The notes beneath the pieces were generated by a model. The model worked only from the letters and a program-made list of their open reading frames with translations, made no database searches and was not told the DNA's origin. A program made the position numbers and the translations under genes. Source: Candidatus Elulimicrobiales bacterium (lineage in GTDB: Bacteria; Patescibacteriota; Minisyncoccia; Phycocordibacterales; UBA5272). Taken from it: 64,000 bases of DNA. This document shows positions 9,220-18,809 of this stretch, one piece after another. The stretch's first letter is position 1. Each line of letters opens with the position of its first letter. The DNA lies in the NCBI GenBank assembly GCA_034927475.1, contig JAYFPW010000002.1, positions 45,372 to 109,371 of the forward strand. The letters run 5' to 3'.

Positions 9220-10323
9220 TTACTCTTCTGGCGATTCATCGTCGCTAGATTCTTCATGGGTTGGTGCAAAATCTAAACCTCCACCTTCAAGATTTTTACG
9301 AATTTGTTTTTCTAAATCTTTGGTTATTTTCGGATTTTCTTTTAAGAAAGTCCTGGCAGCGTCATAGCCTCTACCAAGCTTTTCTTCTCCATAACTATAA
9401 GAAGCTCCAGCTTTGGAAACAAGTTTAAACTTTTCTCCGAGAGCTAAAAGCTCTCCTTCGTGAGAAATACCTTCACCGTACATAATATCGAATTCTGTAG
9501 ATTTGAATGGTGCTGCCACTTTATTTTTAACAACTTTCACTCTAGTTCTAGCTCCTAAAACATCTTCTCCTTTTTTAATTTGAGCAATTCTTCTAATATC
9601 TAAACGAACAGAAGAATAGAATTTCAAAGCTTTTCCTCCTGGAGTAGTTTCTGGATTACCAAACATTATTCCAATTTGCATTCTAATTTGATTGATAAAA
9701 ACAATAACTGTTTTTGATTTATGAGCAATCGCTGTCAATTTACGAAGAGCTTGACTCATAAGGCGAGCTTGGCGACCAACATGAGCTTGAGACATATCTC
9801 CTTCAATTTCAGCTTGAGGAGTAAGAGCGGCTACAGAGTCGATAACAACCACGTCAATTTTTCCACTGCGCACTAGAGTTTCCGCAATGTCGAGAGCTTG
9901 CTCACCATTGTCTGGCTGGGAAATAAGAAGTTCATTTATTTTTATTCCTAATTTTCTAGCATATTCTGGATCCATTGCATGTTCTGCGTCAATAAAAGCA
10001 CAAGTTCCTCCCATTTTCTGAGCTTCGGCGATGACATGTAAAGTCAAAGTAGTTTTACCAGAAGATTCTGGTCCAAAAATTTCAACAATTCTCCCTCTAG
10101 GGAGTCCACCAACACCAAGCGCAAAGTCTAAACCAATAGATCCTGTCGGTACAGCTCCCACATCTACTTTTGGTGTCTCTCCAAGCTTCATAATCGCTCC
10201 TTCCCCAAATTTATGTTGAATTTCTTTTAGAAGTTCATCCGCGCTAGCCGCTTTAGAGTCAGAGTCTTTTTTAGTAACTTTTTTAACTGTTGCTTTTTTA
10301 GCAACTTTTTTCTTTGTAGCCAT
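9220..10323 (-). CDS. recA: recombinase RecA with a lysine-rich N-terminal extension
   Basis: Walker [11 protein letters not shown], the conserved RecA core, and a ~30-aa N-terminal K/A-rich tail [19 protein letters not shown]. Confidence 0.93.
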   Translation of the reverse strand: MATKKKVAKKATVKKVTKKDSDSKAASADELLKEIQHKFGEGAIMKLGETPKVDVGAVPTGSIGLDFALGVGGLPRGRIVEIFGPESSGKTTLTLHVIAEAQKMGGTCAFIDAEHAMDPEYARKLGIKINELLISQPDNGEQALDIAETLVRSGKIDVVVIDSVAALTPQAEIEGDMSQAHVGRQARLMSQALRKLTAIAHKSKTVIVFINQIRMQIGIMFGNPETTPGGKALKFYSSVRLDIRRIAQIKKGEDVLGARTRVKVVKNKVAAPFKSTEFDIMYGEGISHEGELLALGEKFKLVSKAGASYSYGEEKLGRGYDAARTFLKENPKITKDLEKQIRKNLEGGGLDFAPTHEESSDDESPEE

Positions 10324-10366
10324 ATTTATATTTATTTGTTAATACTTGGATTATAGCATAGAGATT

Positions 10367-10753
10367 TTACTCTTTGCCAACTTGAAGAATTACACTTTTT
10401 TCTTTATTGTATTTATCTATAGCGTGTATTACAACCAAAGTGTAAGGTTCTTTTGAGATTAATTCTTCTTCAAAATCTCCTTTTTCGTTTATACTTATTT
10501 CTCTGCCATTTAAATAAATATTTCTAGCGTTTTTTACATTACCATGTATAAAAAAAGTTTCTCCAGAAATAGTCTCATAAGGCAAGGGTGATAAGATTTC
10601 TATTTTTGGACCAGTAAAATAGTTAAAAATCTTAAAAGAAAAATAAACTAAAATAAAAGCTAATAATAGGAAAAATGCCCAAGTTTTTAATTTGTCCCTA
10701 AAAGGTCGATAATATTTATTTCTACTCTTCTTCATTTTCTTCTGTGTCACCAT
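10367..10753 (-). CDS. hypothetical small membrane-anchored protein
   Basis: Basic N-terminus followed by one TM helix (WAFFLLLAFILVYF). No recognisable family. Overlaps the ftsK 3' end by 32 nt. Confidence 0.35.
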   Translation of the reverse strand: MVTQKKMKKSRNKYYRPFRDKLKTWAFFLLLAFILVYFSFKIFNYFTGPKIEILSPLPYETISGETFFIHGNVKNARNIYLNGREISINEKGDFEEELISKEPYTLVVIHAIDKYNKEKSVILQVGKE

Positions 10754-13238
10754 CTTCTAATTCCTCTAGTTCTCTTTCTAATTTTTCCACTTCGCTTTCT
10801 GTATTTTTTCCAAATAAGACTTCTCTATGTCTTCCACTGACAGCTGGACCAATAATGCCATAAGCTTCTAAGTCATTCATTATTCTTGCGGATTTATTAT
10901 AACCCCAACGGAAAGCTGTTTGAAGGGCACTGGTAGAAGCTTTTCCTGTAGAGATGACATAGTCGCGAGCAGACATATAGTCTTCATCATCTTCAGGCTC
11001 TTCGTTTGGATTTCTTTCATTTGAACTCTCCATTTCTCTATAACCAGCTGAAGCTGAAGAAGAAATTTTTACTTTTTGAATATCAATACTATCTGGAAGA
11101 AAATCTTCATATTGTTTTTTAATATAAGCGATAACAGATTTAATTTCTTCACTAGAAACAAAAGGCGCTTGAACACGAGTGATACTTGAGCCATTCATAT
11201 AAAGCATATCTCCATTTCCAAGCAAATCTTCCGCTCCAGCTTGATCGAGAATTGTTCTAGAGTCTATTTGAGAAGTAGTTTTAAGAGCAATTCTTGAAGG
11301 AATATTTGCTTTGATAGTACCAGTGATAACTTTCACATCTGGTCTTTGAGTGGTCAAAATAAGATGAATACCAGCAGCACGAGCTTTTTGGGTGAGAGAG
11401 GTGATGACCGGAGTAATTTCTTTTGGATAAGTGAGCATAAAGTCATTAAACTCGTCAAAGACAATTACCACAAAAGGCATTTTTGGTGGAAGACCTTTCA
11501 CATATTCTCCTTCACTACTTTTCTTTTTAGCTTTTTCTAAAGCAGGGAAGAATATTTTTTTATTGTATTCAGTAATATTTGGCATGCCGTATTCTCCAAG
11601 TACATCGTATCTTCTATCCATTTCTTGAGCAGCCCAACTGAGAGACTTAATCGCAGTCTTCGCATCTTTAATAATAGGAGTATAGAGGTGAGGTAGAGAA
11701 TTATAGGCTGTAAATTCTACTCTTTTTGGATCTAAAATAATAAGTTTTAAATCATGAGGTGAATTTTTATAAAGTAAAGAAATAATTAAATTGTGCAAAG
11801 TAACAGATTTTCCTGTACCAGTTGCTCCAGCGACAAGCAGGTGTGGCATTTTTGAAAGATCAGAAATGACAGGTTTACCAATAATATTTTTACCAATAGC
11901 TAAAGCCAGTGGCGGAGCATCTTGGAATTCGTCTAATTCTAAAAGACTACGAAGCCCAAGCAAAGTTTTCTTTTCGTTTGGAATACCGATACCCACAAAT
12001 GGTTTTCCAGGAATAGGAGCTTCGATATGCATATTGGTTGCCGAAAGCGCCATTTGAAGATTATCTTTTAATCCTAAAATTTTTCTAACATTTACACCTT
12101 GAGCTGGTTTTAAAGTGAATTGAGTAACCGACGGTCCAACTGTAACTTCTCCCATTTCTACAGGGATATTAAACTGATTTAAAACTTTTTGAATAATATT
12201 CATTTTAAATTTAGAATCTCCAGCCGAAGATTTTCCTTGATCAGGATTAAGCAAACTTAAATCTGGCATTTCAAAAGTTTCTTCAATAAAGACAGGTTTA
12301 CTTTCTTCTAAAATACTTTGTCTTCTTTCTTCGCCGGATTTCTGTTTCACTTTTTGCAACTCAGCATTTTCATTTTCAAAATGAGGAGTTTCTGTGTCAT
12401 CTATATGATGCAACTCTTCTTCTTTACTGTTTTCAAAATTATTCATCATTTCTAAATGTAAATCGGAAACTTTATATATTTCAGAATCTGCTTTTTCTAA
12501 ATCTTCTAAAGTTTTTCTCTGAGCTTTTTGTTTAGCTATTTCATCTGTGAGCCATCTGAAAGAGAAAATATAAACTAGAAAAGAGATAAGCTTTTTGAAA
12601 AAAGTTTTTATCGCAGACCAAATAGGCTTCCAAATATTTTTTCTCTCTACTTTTTTCTCCTCAAGAGGATTACTACTATAGTCTAGAGACAAGGTCGGAG
12701 CTTTTTCATTTGAAGAAGTATTTTCTGTTTGAGTTTCTATTCCAGTATTTTTATTTCTTAATTTTAGACTAGGTTTATCTTGATAGAGAATAACAAAAGC
12801 GATTAGACCTAAAGCAAAAGATAAAATAGCTGGCAAAATATTTCCAAAATTGCTTTTTAAGAATTCTGCTAAATAATTTCCAACCACACCAGAATTTTCT
12901 AAACCAAGTGAAGCTGTAAAAGTTGTTATAGAAAAAATAATAAGTAACAAAGCTAGAATCGAAACAAAATCTGGACGGCTGTCATTTCTGTCCGTCCAAA
13001 AATTATAAGCCACCCAAAAGAATCCGAGGAAGACAATATAAGCTACCCAGCCAAGCACAAGCTTCAAAGCTCCAAAAATACTTTCTCCAACTTGTCCTCC
13101 AGCATGGAAAGAAGAAAGTAAAGCTATAGCACCTAAAATAAAAAAGATTAAAGCGGTAACTGTACTTTTAATTAATTTTCCTCTTTTTTCATCGACAGAG
13201 TTTTTTGCAACATTTTTTTTCTTGTTTTCTTTTGACAT
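10722..13238 (-). CDS. ftsK: DNA translocase FtsK/SpoIIIE
   Basis: N-terminal polytopic membrane domain, Walker A AGATGTGKSV, Walker B IVFDEFNDF, and a C-terminal winged-helix gamma domain (ARDYVISTGKASTSALQTAFRWGYNKSARIMNDLEAYGII). Confidence 0.9.
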   Translation of the reverse strand: MSKENKKKNVAKNSVDEKRGKLIKSTVTALIFFILGAIALLSSFHAGGQVGESIFGALKLVLGWVAYIVFLGFFWVAYNFWTDRNDSRPDFVSILALLLIIFSITTFTASLGLENSGVVGNYLAEFLKSNFGNILPAILSFALGLIAFVILYQDKPSLKLRNKNTGIETQTENTSSNEKAPTLSLDYSSNPLEEKKVERKNIWKPIWSAIKTFFKKLISFLVYIFSFRWLTDEIAKQKAQRKTLEDLEKADSEIYKVSDLHLEMMNNFENSKEEELHHIDDTETPHFENENAELQKVKQKSGEERRQSILEESKPVFIEETFEMPDLSLLNPDQGKSSAGDSKFKMNIIQKVLNQFNIPVEMGEVTVGPSVTQFTLKPAQGVNVRKILGLKDNLQMALSATNMHIEAPIPGKPFVGIGIPNEKKTLLGLRSLLELDEFQDAPPLALAIGKNIIGKPVISDLSKMPHLLVAGATGTGKSVTLHNLIISLLYKNSPHDLKLIILDPKRVEFTAYNSLPHLYTPIIKDAKTAIKSLSWAAQEMDRRYDVLGEYGMPNITEYNKKIFFPALEKAKKKSSEGEYVKGLPPKMPFVVIVFDEFNDFMLTYPKEITPVITSLTQKARAAGIHLILTTQRPDVKVITGTIKANIPSRIALKTTSQIDSRTILDQAGAEDLLGNGDMLYMNGSSITRVQAPFVSSEEIKSVIAYIKKQYEDFLPDSIDIQKVKISSSASAGYREMESSNERNPNEEPEDDEDYMSARDYVISTGKASTSALQTAFRWGYNKSARIMNDLEAYGIIGPAVSGRHREVLFGKNTESEVEKLERELEELEDGDTEENEEE

Positions 13239-13299
13239 AAATAATAAATAAGCAGAAGCTTTTCTTCATTAAAATTATAGCATGTGGAAAACTTTTTAA

Positions 13300-13520
13300 T
13301 TTTTAAAGGACAAAATTTATAAAAGACAGAGAAAGCATATTTTATAAAGGACAAAATGTAAAAAATAAGAAATGTCCTTTATAAATAAAAGACAAATTAT
13401 AAAAGACATCTCTAAAGATAATAGCTTAAAAAATAAGAGAATAAAAAATTATAAAGGACATTTAATATTTTAAATTTATAAAAGACACAGATAAAAATTT
13501 TTATAAAAGACATATAAAAT
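13300..13520. repeat. array of ~9 copies of an 11-mer, T(T)ATAAAGGACA / TATAAAAGACA (one inverted), in an AT-rich intergenic region at a strand switch
   Basis: Direct reading shows copies at about 13309, 13324, 13347, 13371-85 (inverted), 13388, 13400, 13450, 13478 and 13501. At least 5 further copies lie inside the downstream gene (14140-14360). Confidence 0.7.
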
Positions 13521-13622
13521 AGCATTTAAAAATAAACTTGATATTTTCATAAAAAAAGTATAGTATTTGAATAAAGAATTTAATTGTGGGAGTTAACAGG
13601 AAAATTAATCTAAAAGACAAAT

Positions 13623-14489
13623 ATGAATACCGTGCCCCCAAACTACAATTTATTAATTGCTAAAAAGACAGAAAAAATTGTCACAGCGATTTATCTCATT
13701 TCTCAATTTCTAAAGGACACAGAATCTCTTAAACATGAATTAAGAAAAGAATCTAATAATTTACTCAGAGCTTTAAGCTTGCTTGCTTATGGAGACCACA
13801 AAGATGTTTTTCCTATTTATAAAGGATCATTGGATTCAGTTTCACTTTTAATTTCCTATTTAACTATTGCAAAAGAAAGTAATTTAATTTCTCGTATGAA
13901 TGTAGAAATTGTCATCGAAGCTTTAAGGGTTTTAGAAAATCTTTTGGTTAAAAAACAGTTTAATTTAAGAAGGGAAAATCTTTTTATCAATGAAGAAAAT
14001 TTTTTAATATCATTACTCGATACAAAAGATGAGGTTTCTATTAATACAAATACTTCTTATGATGTGTTAACTGGAAGAAATATTGTTGAAGAAAATTTTT
14101 CTAATCAAACAAAAACTGAGAACAATAAAAATATTTCTATAAAGGACAAAATTTCTAAAGGACAAAATTTAAATATAAAGGACAAAACTATAGAGAAAGA
14201 AGCTGATAAAACAAAGACAGTTATAAAGGACACTTTTAAACCTTCTTCAATAAAACCAGAACCTAAAGCTAAAAAATCTGCTCAAAATAAAGAGAGAAAA
14301 AACAATAGAAGAGAGCAAATACTAGCTTTATTTAGCAAAGGAGTAGAAGTTTCTATAAAGGACATTTCTAAAAAAATCGTAGGCTGCTCTGTGAAAACTA
14401 TTCAAAGAGAATTAAATGATTTAGTCTCAGAAAATAAAATCGAAAGAATAGGGGACAAAAGATGGAGTAAATATACTCTCGTTAAGTAA
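13623..14489 (+). CDS. DNA-binding protein with a C-terminal winged-helix (DeoR/MarR-like) HTH and a K/D-rich repeat linker
   Basis: C-terminal ...EVSIKDISKKIVGCSVKTIQRELNDLVSENKIERIG has an HTH/wing pattern. The central low-complexity IKDK repeats are encoded by the same ATAAAGGACA word that is reiterated upstream. Confidence 0.5.
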   Translation: MNTVPPNYNLLIAKKTEKIVTAIYLISQFLKDTESLKHELRKESNNLLRALSLLAYGDHKDVFPIYKGSLDSVSLLISYLTIAKESNLISRMNVEIVIEALRVLENLLVKKQFNLRRENLFINEENFLISLLDTKDEVSINTNTSYDVLTGRNIVEENFSNQTKTENNKNISIKDKISKGQNLNIKDKTIEKEADKTKTVIKDTFKPSSIKPEPKAKKSAQNKERKNNRREQILALFSKGVEVSIKDISKKIVGCSVKTIQRELNDLVSENKIERIGDKRWSKYTLVK

Positions 14490-14899
14490 ATTAATTTCTT
14501 AACATTCTTAACTAAACCATTGATTTTTATAATTAATATTTTAATTCTGAAAAAAATATGCTATATTTGTAACTAGACGACCTGTCTCTGGTGAGGGCGT
14601 CCTCTGGTATTTGAGATACATTTATAAGTAATTATAGGTATCACAAAAGACTAGATCGATCGTTGGCAATAGAATATAGACGCAGATTAGAAAATTTATT
14701 AGTTAATTATTAGTTAATATTAACCCTAATAAGTGTTTAGATTCAGTCGCAATTTTTATTATCTTACGAATGTAAAAATTAAAACAGCGATGGGTCTCGT
14801 TAGTAGTTAATGAAATATTTGCTTGTCGAAGCGAATAAAAAATATTTTGTTGACTATGATCTCTATAAGATCAAAAGTTATAAATTTTTATAAAAAGTT

Positions 14900-17800
14900 A
14901 TGAATAAAATCAAGACAGCAGCTTTTGCTGTTATCGCAGGTGTACTTGCAGGAGCACTTTTTGCTTCAGCGCAAGTTACCACAACATCTTCATGCTACCA
15001 ATTCACAAGAAACTTGAAAGTTGGTAACACAGGAGCAGATGTAAAAGCGCTCCAACAAACTTTAAATGCACGTGGCTTCACAGTTGCAGCAGCAGGACAT
15101 GCTGGATCTGCAGGTATGGAAACTACATATTTCGGAAATGCAACAAAAAATGCCCTCATCAAATGGCAAGAGGCAAATGCATCAAAAGTTCTTGCTGCTT
15201 GGGGATTAACCTCAGGAACAGGATTCTTTGGTACAGCATCAAGAGCAGAAATGAATAATTGCGGTGGTTCAGTAGTAGTTCCTCCAACAACAGGAACAAC
15301 AACAGTATCAGGACCTCTAACAGTTTCATTAGCTCAAGTTCAACCAAACAATGTACTAGTGGCAGGACAAGCTCACGCTAAACTTGCTGATATTGTGTTC
15401 TCAGGAACAGGTATTGTTACTGGTGTTCAATTACAAAGAACAGGTGTTTCAAATAACAACGTATTAACAAATGTATATCTATACGAAGGTAATACAAAAA
15501 TTAGTGATGGAGCATCTGTAATGGCTGACGGATCAATTCGTTTCAATTTTGGAACAGGATTATTCTCAGTTACAGGATCAAAAACAATTTCAGTATTTGC
15601 TGATGTTGAGAAAAATAATACATCAGGACAGTCAGTTGGAGTTGCTCTAACAGGCTACACAATCGCAGGAAATGCGCCAGCAGTAGTTTCTGGAGTAAAT
15701 GGTCCTAATCTTCCAATTGGTTCAGCAACACTTGCTGATGTAATTGTTACAAGAACAACAAATCAAAACCAAGCTAATATCGGAGACCAAAATGTAAATA
15801 TCTGGTCAGCAGGAATAAATGTTTTACAACATGATGTTTACTTTGTTGGTGGATCATTTAGAATGATTGGTTCAGCTCCTTTTACAGCTCTTTCAAATGT
15901 AAAACTTTACATTGATGGAGTACAAGTCGGAAATGCAGCAGCAATCGATGCAGCAGGAAGACTTTCATTCTCAGGAGGAAATCAATTAGTGAGATCCGGT
16001 TACCACACTCTTAATGTTCGTGCTGACGTTGCGGATGGAGCTGGAAGAACACTTCAACTTTCTCTAGAGCAAGGATCAGACTTCTTATTCCAAGATGCTC
16101 AATTAGTAGGTGCGTATGTATTACCTGTTAATACATCAAACGTACCTTTCTACAACATGACTGGAGACCTTCTAACTATTGGAGCGTGTGCATCAGGTGT
16201 AAACTGTACAATTCTTACAGCAGATGCTGATTTCGCAGGAACTGCAGCAAGAGCGACTACAGGTGCATCAAATCAAACAATTGGTAAATTTAAGCTTACA
16301 GCTTCAGGTGAGCCAATCAGACTAATGTCAGCTGACATTGATGTTACATCAAGCGTAGTTAATACTGATGCTGTTACTAATGTATCAGTATATGTAAATG
16401 GAATGGCTGTATCTTCAGGAGCAACTATTGGATTCCCTGCAGCAAGTTCATCAGTTCACCTAAACAATTTAGGAGGAGTTGTTGTTAACCCAGGTCAATC
16501 AGTTGTCATTGAAGTTAAAGCTGATTTGAGAAATCCTAACGGAACAAACATTGCAGGTTCACAAAACTTGACTGTAAAATTAAACAATTTACAAGTACAA
16601 GGAACCCAATCAAGAAACATTAGTACAGCTCCAAATACCAACTCTTTACAAGCAGTAGTTGGAGGTACTTCAGCAGTATTTTCTAAGAGCTCTTCATTCT
16701 CAGGAGGAACAGCTACAGTAAATGCGCAAGAAGTAAAAATCGGATCATTTACAATGTCTAGCGGTTATGCAGAAGGTGTTAACTTAACTCAAATTGACGT
16801 AGTTATCACTCCTTCAGGAACTCCTTCATTTGATAGAAGTTCTATCTCATCACTTACTCTAAAGAGTAGTAATGGACAAAATTATCAAAGAACAGTAGGT
16901 TCCGGAACAACTGTTGCAACAACTTCATTCTCATTATTTGATTCAATTCCAGTGAATTCAGCTATGACATATGATGTGTTTGCAAACTTCAATAATGCTA
17001 CTGGATCAGTAGCAATCTCTGGAGTAGGACACTTCACAGGTATGACTTCTAATGTGGTAGCTACTCAAACAGTAGCAGCTGTAACAACAAACTTTGGAGC
17101 AGCATCATTAGGATCAATTACCTTGAATTCAAATTCAGACGGTTCACAATTTGTAACCGGTGGAACACAAACAAAATCTGTATTCTTAATCCCTGCAACA
17201 AATGGTAACAATGTTAACTTAAATACTGTTGAGCTTAAAGTAAGTAATGACGCAGCAGTAGCAGGAGTTAAAATTAACGGACAAGATGCTGTATCACAAG
17301 GAAATGGTAATTACCAAGTTGTGTTAAATAGTCCTATCGCTTTAACATCAGGATTTGGTAGCCAACTTCCTGTAGATGTAATCTTTAATGCACCTACAAA
17401 TTCAAATAGCTTAAGTAATACAACCACAAAAGTAGATATAACTTACTTAGGAACAAGCTTAGCTAATACCTCAGCTGGAACACAAGGTACATACACAGGA
17501 TCAGTTGCTGCATCAAATACATTTACTTCAGCAATTGCTATCCCAACATCAGTGAAAGCAACTAGCGGAAGTACAGTAAATAATGGTTCAGGAATCAAAC
17601 TTGGATCAATTACTGTAAACACAAATGGAGCAATCAGAATTGATGACCTTACATTTAATACAGCAGTAGCAAATGGTGGCGCTGTTTCAAACATCGTAAT
17701 TAAGAGAGGAAATACAACTGTTACTCACTCAGTAACTGGAAGTGTATACACTCTTACAGGAGGTGATATTGTAAGTGGAAATGTGACTTATGATATCTAC

Positions 17801-17923
17801 GGTGATATTGCTTCTATGGGAAGTTCAGGTTCAGCAACTGTAAGTCTCGGTGCTGCATCAGCCTTCAAGTGGAACGACTCAGTAAATACATTTACTGGAG
17901 CAGGAATCAAAGAGTACAACTAA
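14900..17923 (+). CDS. large secreted cell-surface protein: signal peptide, peptidoglycan-binding domain, and ~850 aa of Thr/Ser/Gly/Val/Asn-rich beta-repeat region
   Basis: Signal peptide MNKIKTAAFAVIAGVLAGALFASAQV. PG_binding_1-like LKVGNTGADVKALQQTLNARGF...FGNATKNALIKWQ. The rest is low-complexity T/S/G/N/V-rich with almost no Cys or charged residues. Confidence 0.7.
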   Translation: MNKIKTAAFAVIAGVLAGALFASAQVTTTSSCYQFTRNLKVGNTGADVKALQQTLNARGFTVAAAGHAGSAGMETTYFGNATKNALIKWQEANASKVLAAWGLTSGTGFFGTASRAEMNNCGGSVVVPPTTGTTTVSGPLTVSLAQVQPNNVLVAGQAHAKLADIVFSGTGIVTGVQLQRTGVSNNNVLTNVYLYEGNTKISDGASVMADGSIRFNFGTGLFSVTGSKTISVFADVEKNNTSGQSVGVALTGYTIAGNAPAVVSGVNGPNLPIGSATLADVIVTRTTNQNQANIGDQNVNIWSAGINVLQHDVYFVGGSFRMIGSAPFTALSNVKLYIDGVQVGNAAAIDAAGRLSFSGGNQLVRSGYHTLNVRADVADGAGRTLQLSLEQGSDFLFQDAQLVGAYVLPVNTSNVPFYNMTGDLLTIGACASGVNCTILTADADFAGTAARATTGASNQTIGKFKLTASGEPIRLMSADIDVTSSVVNTDAVTNVSVYVNGMAVSSGATIGFPAASSSVHLNNLGGVVVNPGQSVVIEVKADLRNPNGTNIAGSQNLTVKLNNLQVQGTQSRNISTAPNTNSLQAVVGGTSAVFSKSSSFSGGTATVNAQEVKIGSFTMSSGYAEGVNLTQIDVVITPSGTPSFDRSSISSLTLKSSNGQNYQRTVGSGTTVATTSFSLFDSIPVNSAMTYDVFANFNNATGSVAISGVGHFTGMTSNVVATQTVAAVTTNFGAASLGSITLNSNSDGSQFVTGGTQTKSVFLIPATNGNNVNLNTVELKVSNDAAVAGVKINGQDAVSQGNGNYQVVLNSPIALTSGFGSQLPVDVIFNAPTNSNSLSNTTTKVDITYLGTSLANTSAGTQGTYTGSVAASNTFTSAIAIPTSVKATSGSTVNNGSGIKLGSITVNTNGAIRIDDLTFNTAVANGGAVSNIVIKRGNTTVTHSVTGSVYTLTGGDIVSGNVTYDIYGDIASMGSSGSATVSLGAASAFKWNDSVNTFTGAGIKEYN

Positions 17924-17987
17924 TCCGCGTCTAATTCATTAGTCAAAGAAAAGTTGCAAACGAAAGTTTGTAGTGCGTAAAGTACAC

Positions 17988-18017
17988 AAAACACCCCTTC
18001 AAAGGGGTGTTTTTGTT
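17988..18017 (+). terminator. intrinsic terminator after the surface-protein gene
   Basis: acacccctt-caa-aaggggtgt followed by tttttgtttg. Confidence 0.7.
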
Positions 18018-18065
18018 TGCTTGTTTTGAAATGAAAGTTGTTTGCAAAGAAAATTTAAAAAATGC

Positions 18066-18094
18066 TTGACTTTTATTTCTACTTAGTATATACT
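18066..18094 (+). promoter_or_regulatory. sigma-70-type promoter TTGACT-17-TATACT
   Basis: TTGACT 18066-18071, 17-nt spacer, TATACT 18089-18094. Confidence 0.55.
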
Positions 18095-18100
18095 AGTTTA

Positions 18101-18158
18101 CATGTTTGGGTTTACTCAAACATACAGAAGCACTGGCCCTCGGGTCGGTGTTTTTGTT
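18101..18158 (+). ncRNA. candidate small RNA 1 (~55 nt) bounded by promoter and terminator
   Basis: Predicted TSS ~18101. Internal hairpin atgtttg/caaacat. Terminator stem cactggccc/gggtcggtg (2 G-U pairs) followed by tttttgtttg. No ORF. Confidence 0.4.
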
Positions 18159-18208
18159 TGTATAGATTTTTACACAAATTTTAATGTTTAGATATTGTTA
18201 ATAAGTGT

Positions 18209-18237
18209 TTGACTTTGGAGAGAGGGTGATATATAAT
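18209..18237 (+). promoter_or_regulatory. perfect consensus promoter TTGACT-17-TATAAT
   Basis: TTGACT 18209-18214, 17-nt spacer, TATAAT 18232-18237. Confidence 0.6.
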
Positions 18238-18243
18238 TTGATT

Positions 18244-18321
18244 ACTGTGGGGCGTCAGCCCTATTCGGCTAAATCATAAGCTGAAGGCAGAAACAAAAAA
18301 TACCCGCAAGGGTGTTTTTTG
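18244..18321 (+). ncRNA. candidate small RNA 2 (~76 nt) bounded by promoter and bidirectional terminator
   Basis: Predicted TSS ~18244. Hairpins gggc-gtca-gccc and agcc-ctattc-ggct. Terminator aaaaaataccc-gcaa-gggtgtttttt (GNRA loop). No ORF. The terminator also serves the convergent gene 18330-18809. Confidence 0.4.
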
Positions 18322-18329
18322 TTTCTTTG

Positions 18330-18809
18330 TTAATCTTCTTCCGGGTTACCTTTCATTGTTGTAAAAAACTTAACATCTCTATATTTGTTAGTTGTCCAAG
18401 CAGGGACTACACTCCAAAAATGAATATTCCCATTATCTCCTATTTTTCTCAATATTACTTTTATTTTTCTGCCATCAATTATAGCTATAATTCCCCAATA
18501 TTTTATTGAACGAGTGATAAAAGTTTTCTTTTTGTATTTTTTAGCAGATATGGTAGAAATGGTTTCTTCATATTCTTGATAGGTTGTAGATTTTTTAACC
18601 AATTTTATAGCTAAAGGAAGAAGTTTAAATCTAAGAATTTGAGAAGATCTTTCTCTTTCACTTCTTCCTTTTTTAAAAATTATATGATTAAATCCTTCAG
18701 AATTAAAACTTATCTCTGTTTCTAGAGCTGGAGAGAAGATTTTTCCCGTGGAACTATAAAAGTCCTGGGAGTCTTTTTTTAATTTTTCATAATTAGATAG
18801 ATCATTCAT
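18330..18809 (-). CDS. hypothetical protein (159 aa), basic, no confidently recognised family
   Basis: Intact ORF with its own terminator. C-terminal segment KVILRKIGDNGNIHFWSVVPAWTTNKYRD. Could not be assigned from sequence alone. Confidence 0.4.
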   Translation of the reverse strand: MNDLSNYEKLKKDSQDFYSSTGKIFSPALETEISFNSEGFNHIIFKKGRSERERSSQILRFKLLPLAIKLVKKSTTYQEYEETISTISAKKYKKKTFITRSIKYWGIIAIIDGRKIKVILRKIGDNGNIHFWSVVPAWTTNKYRDVKFFTTMKGNPEED

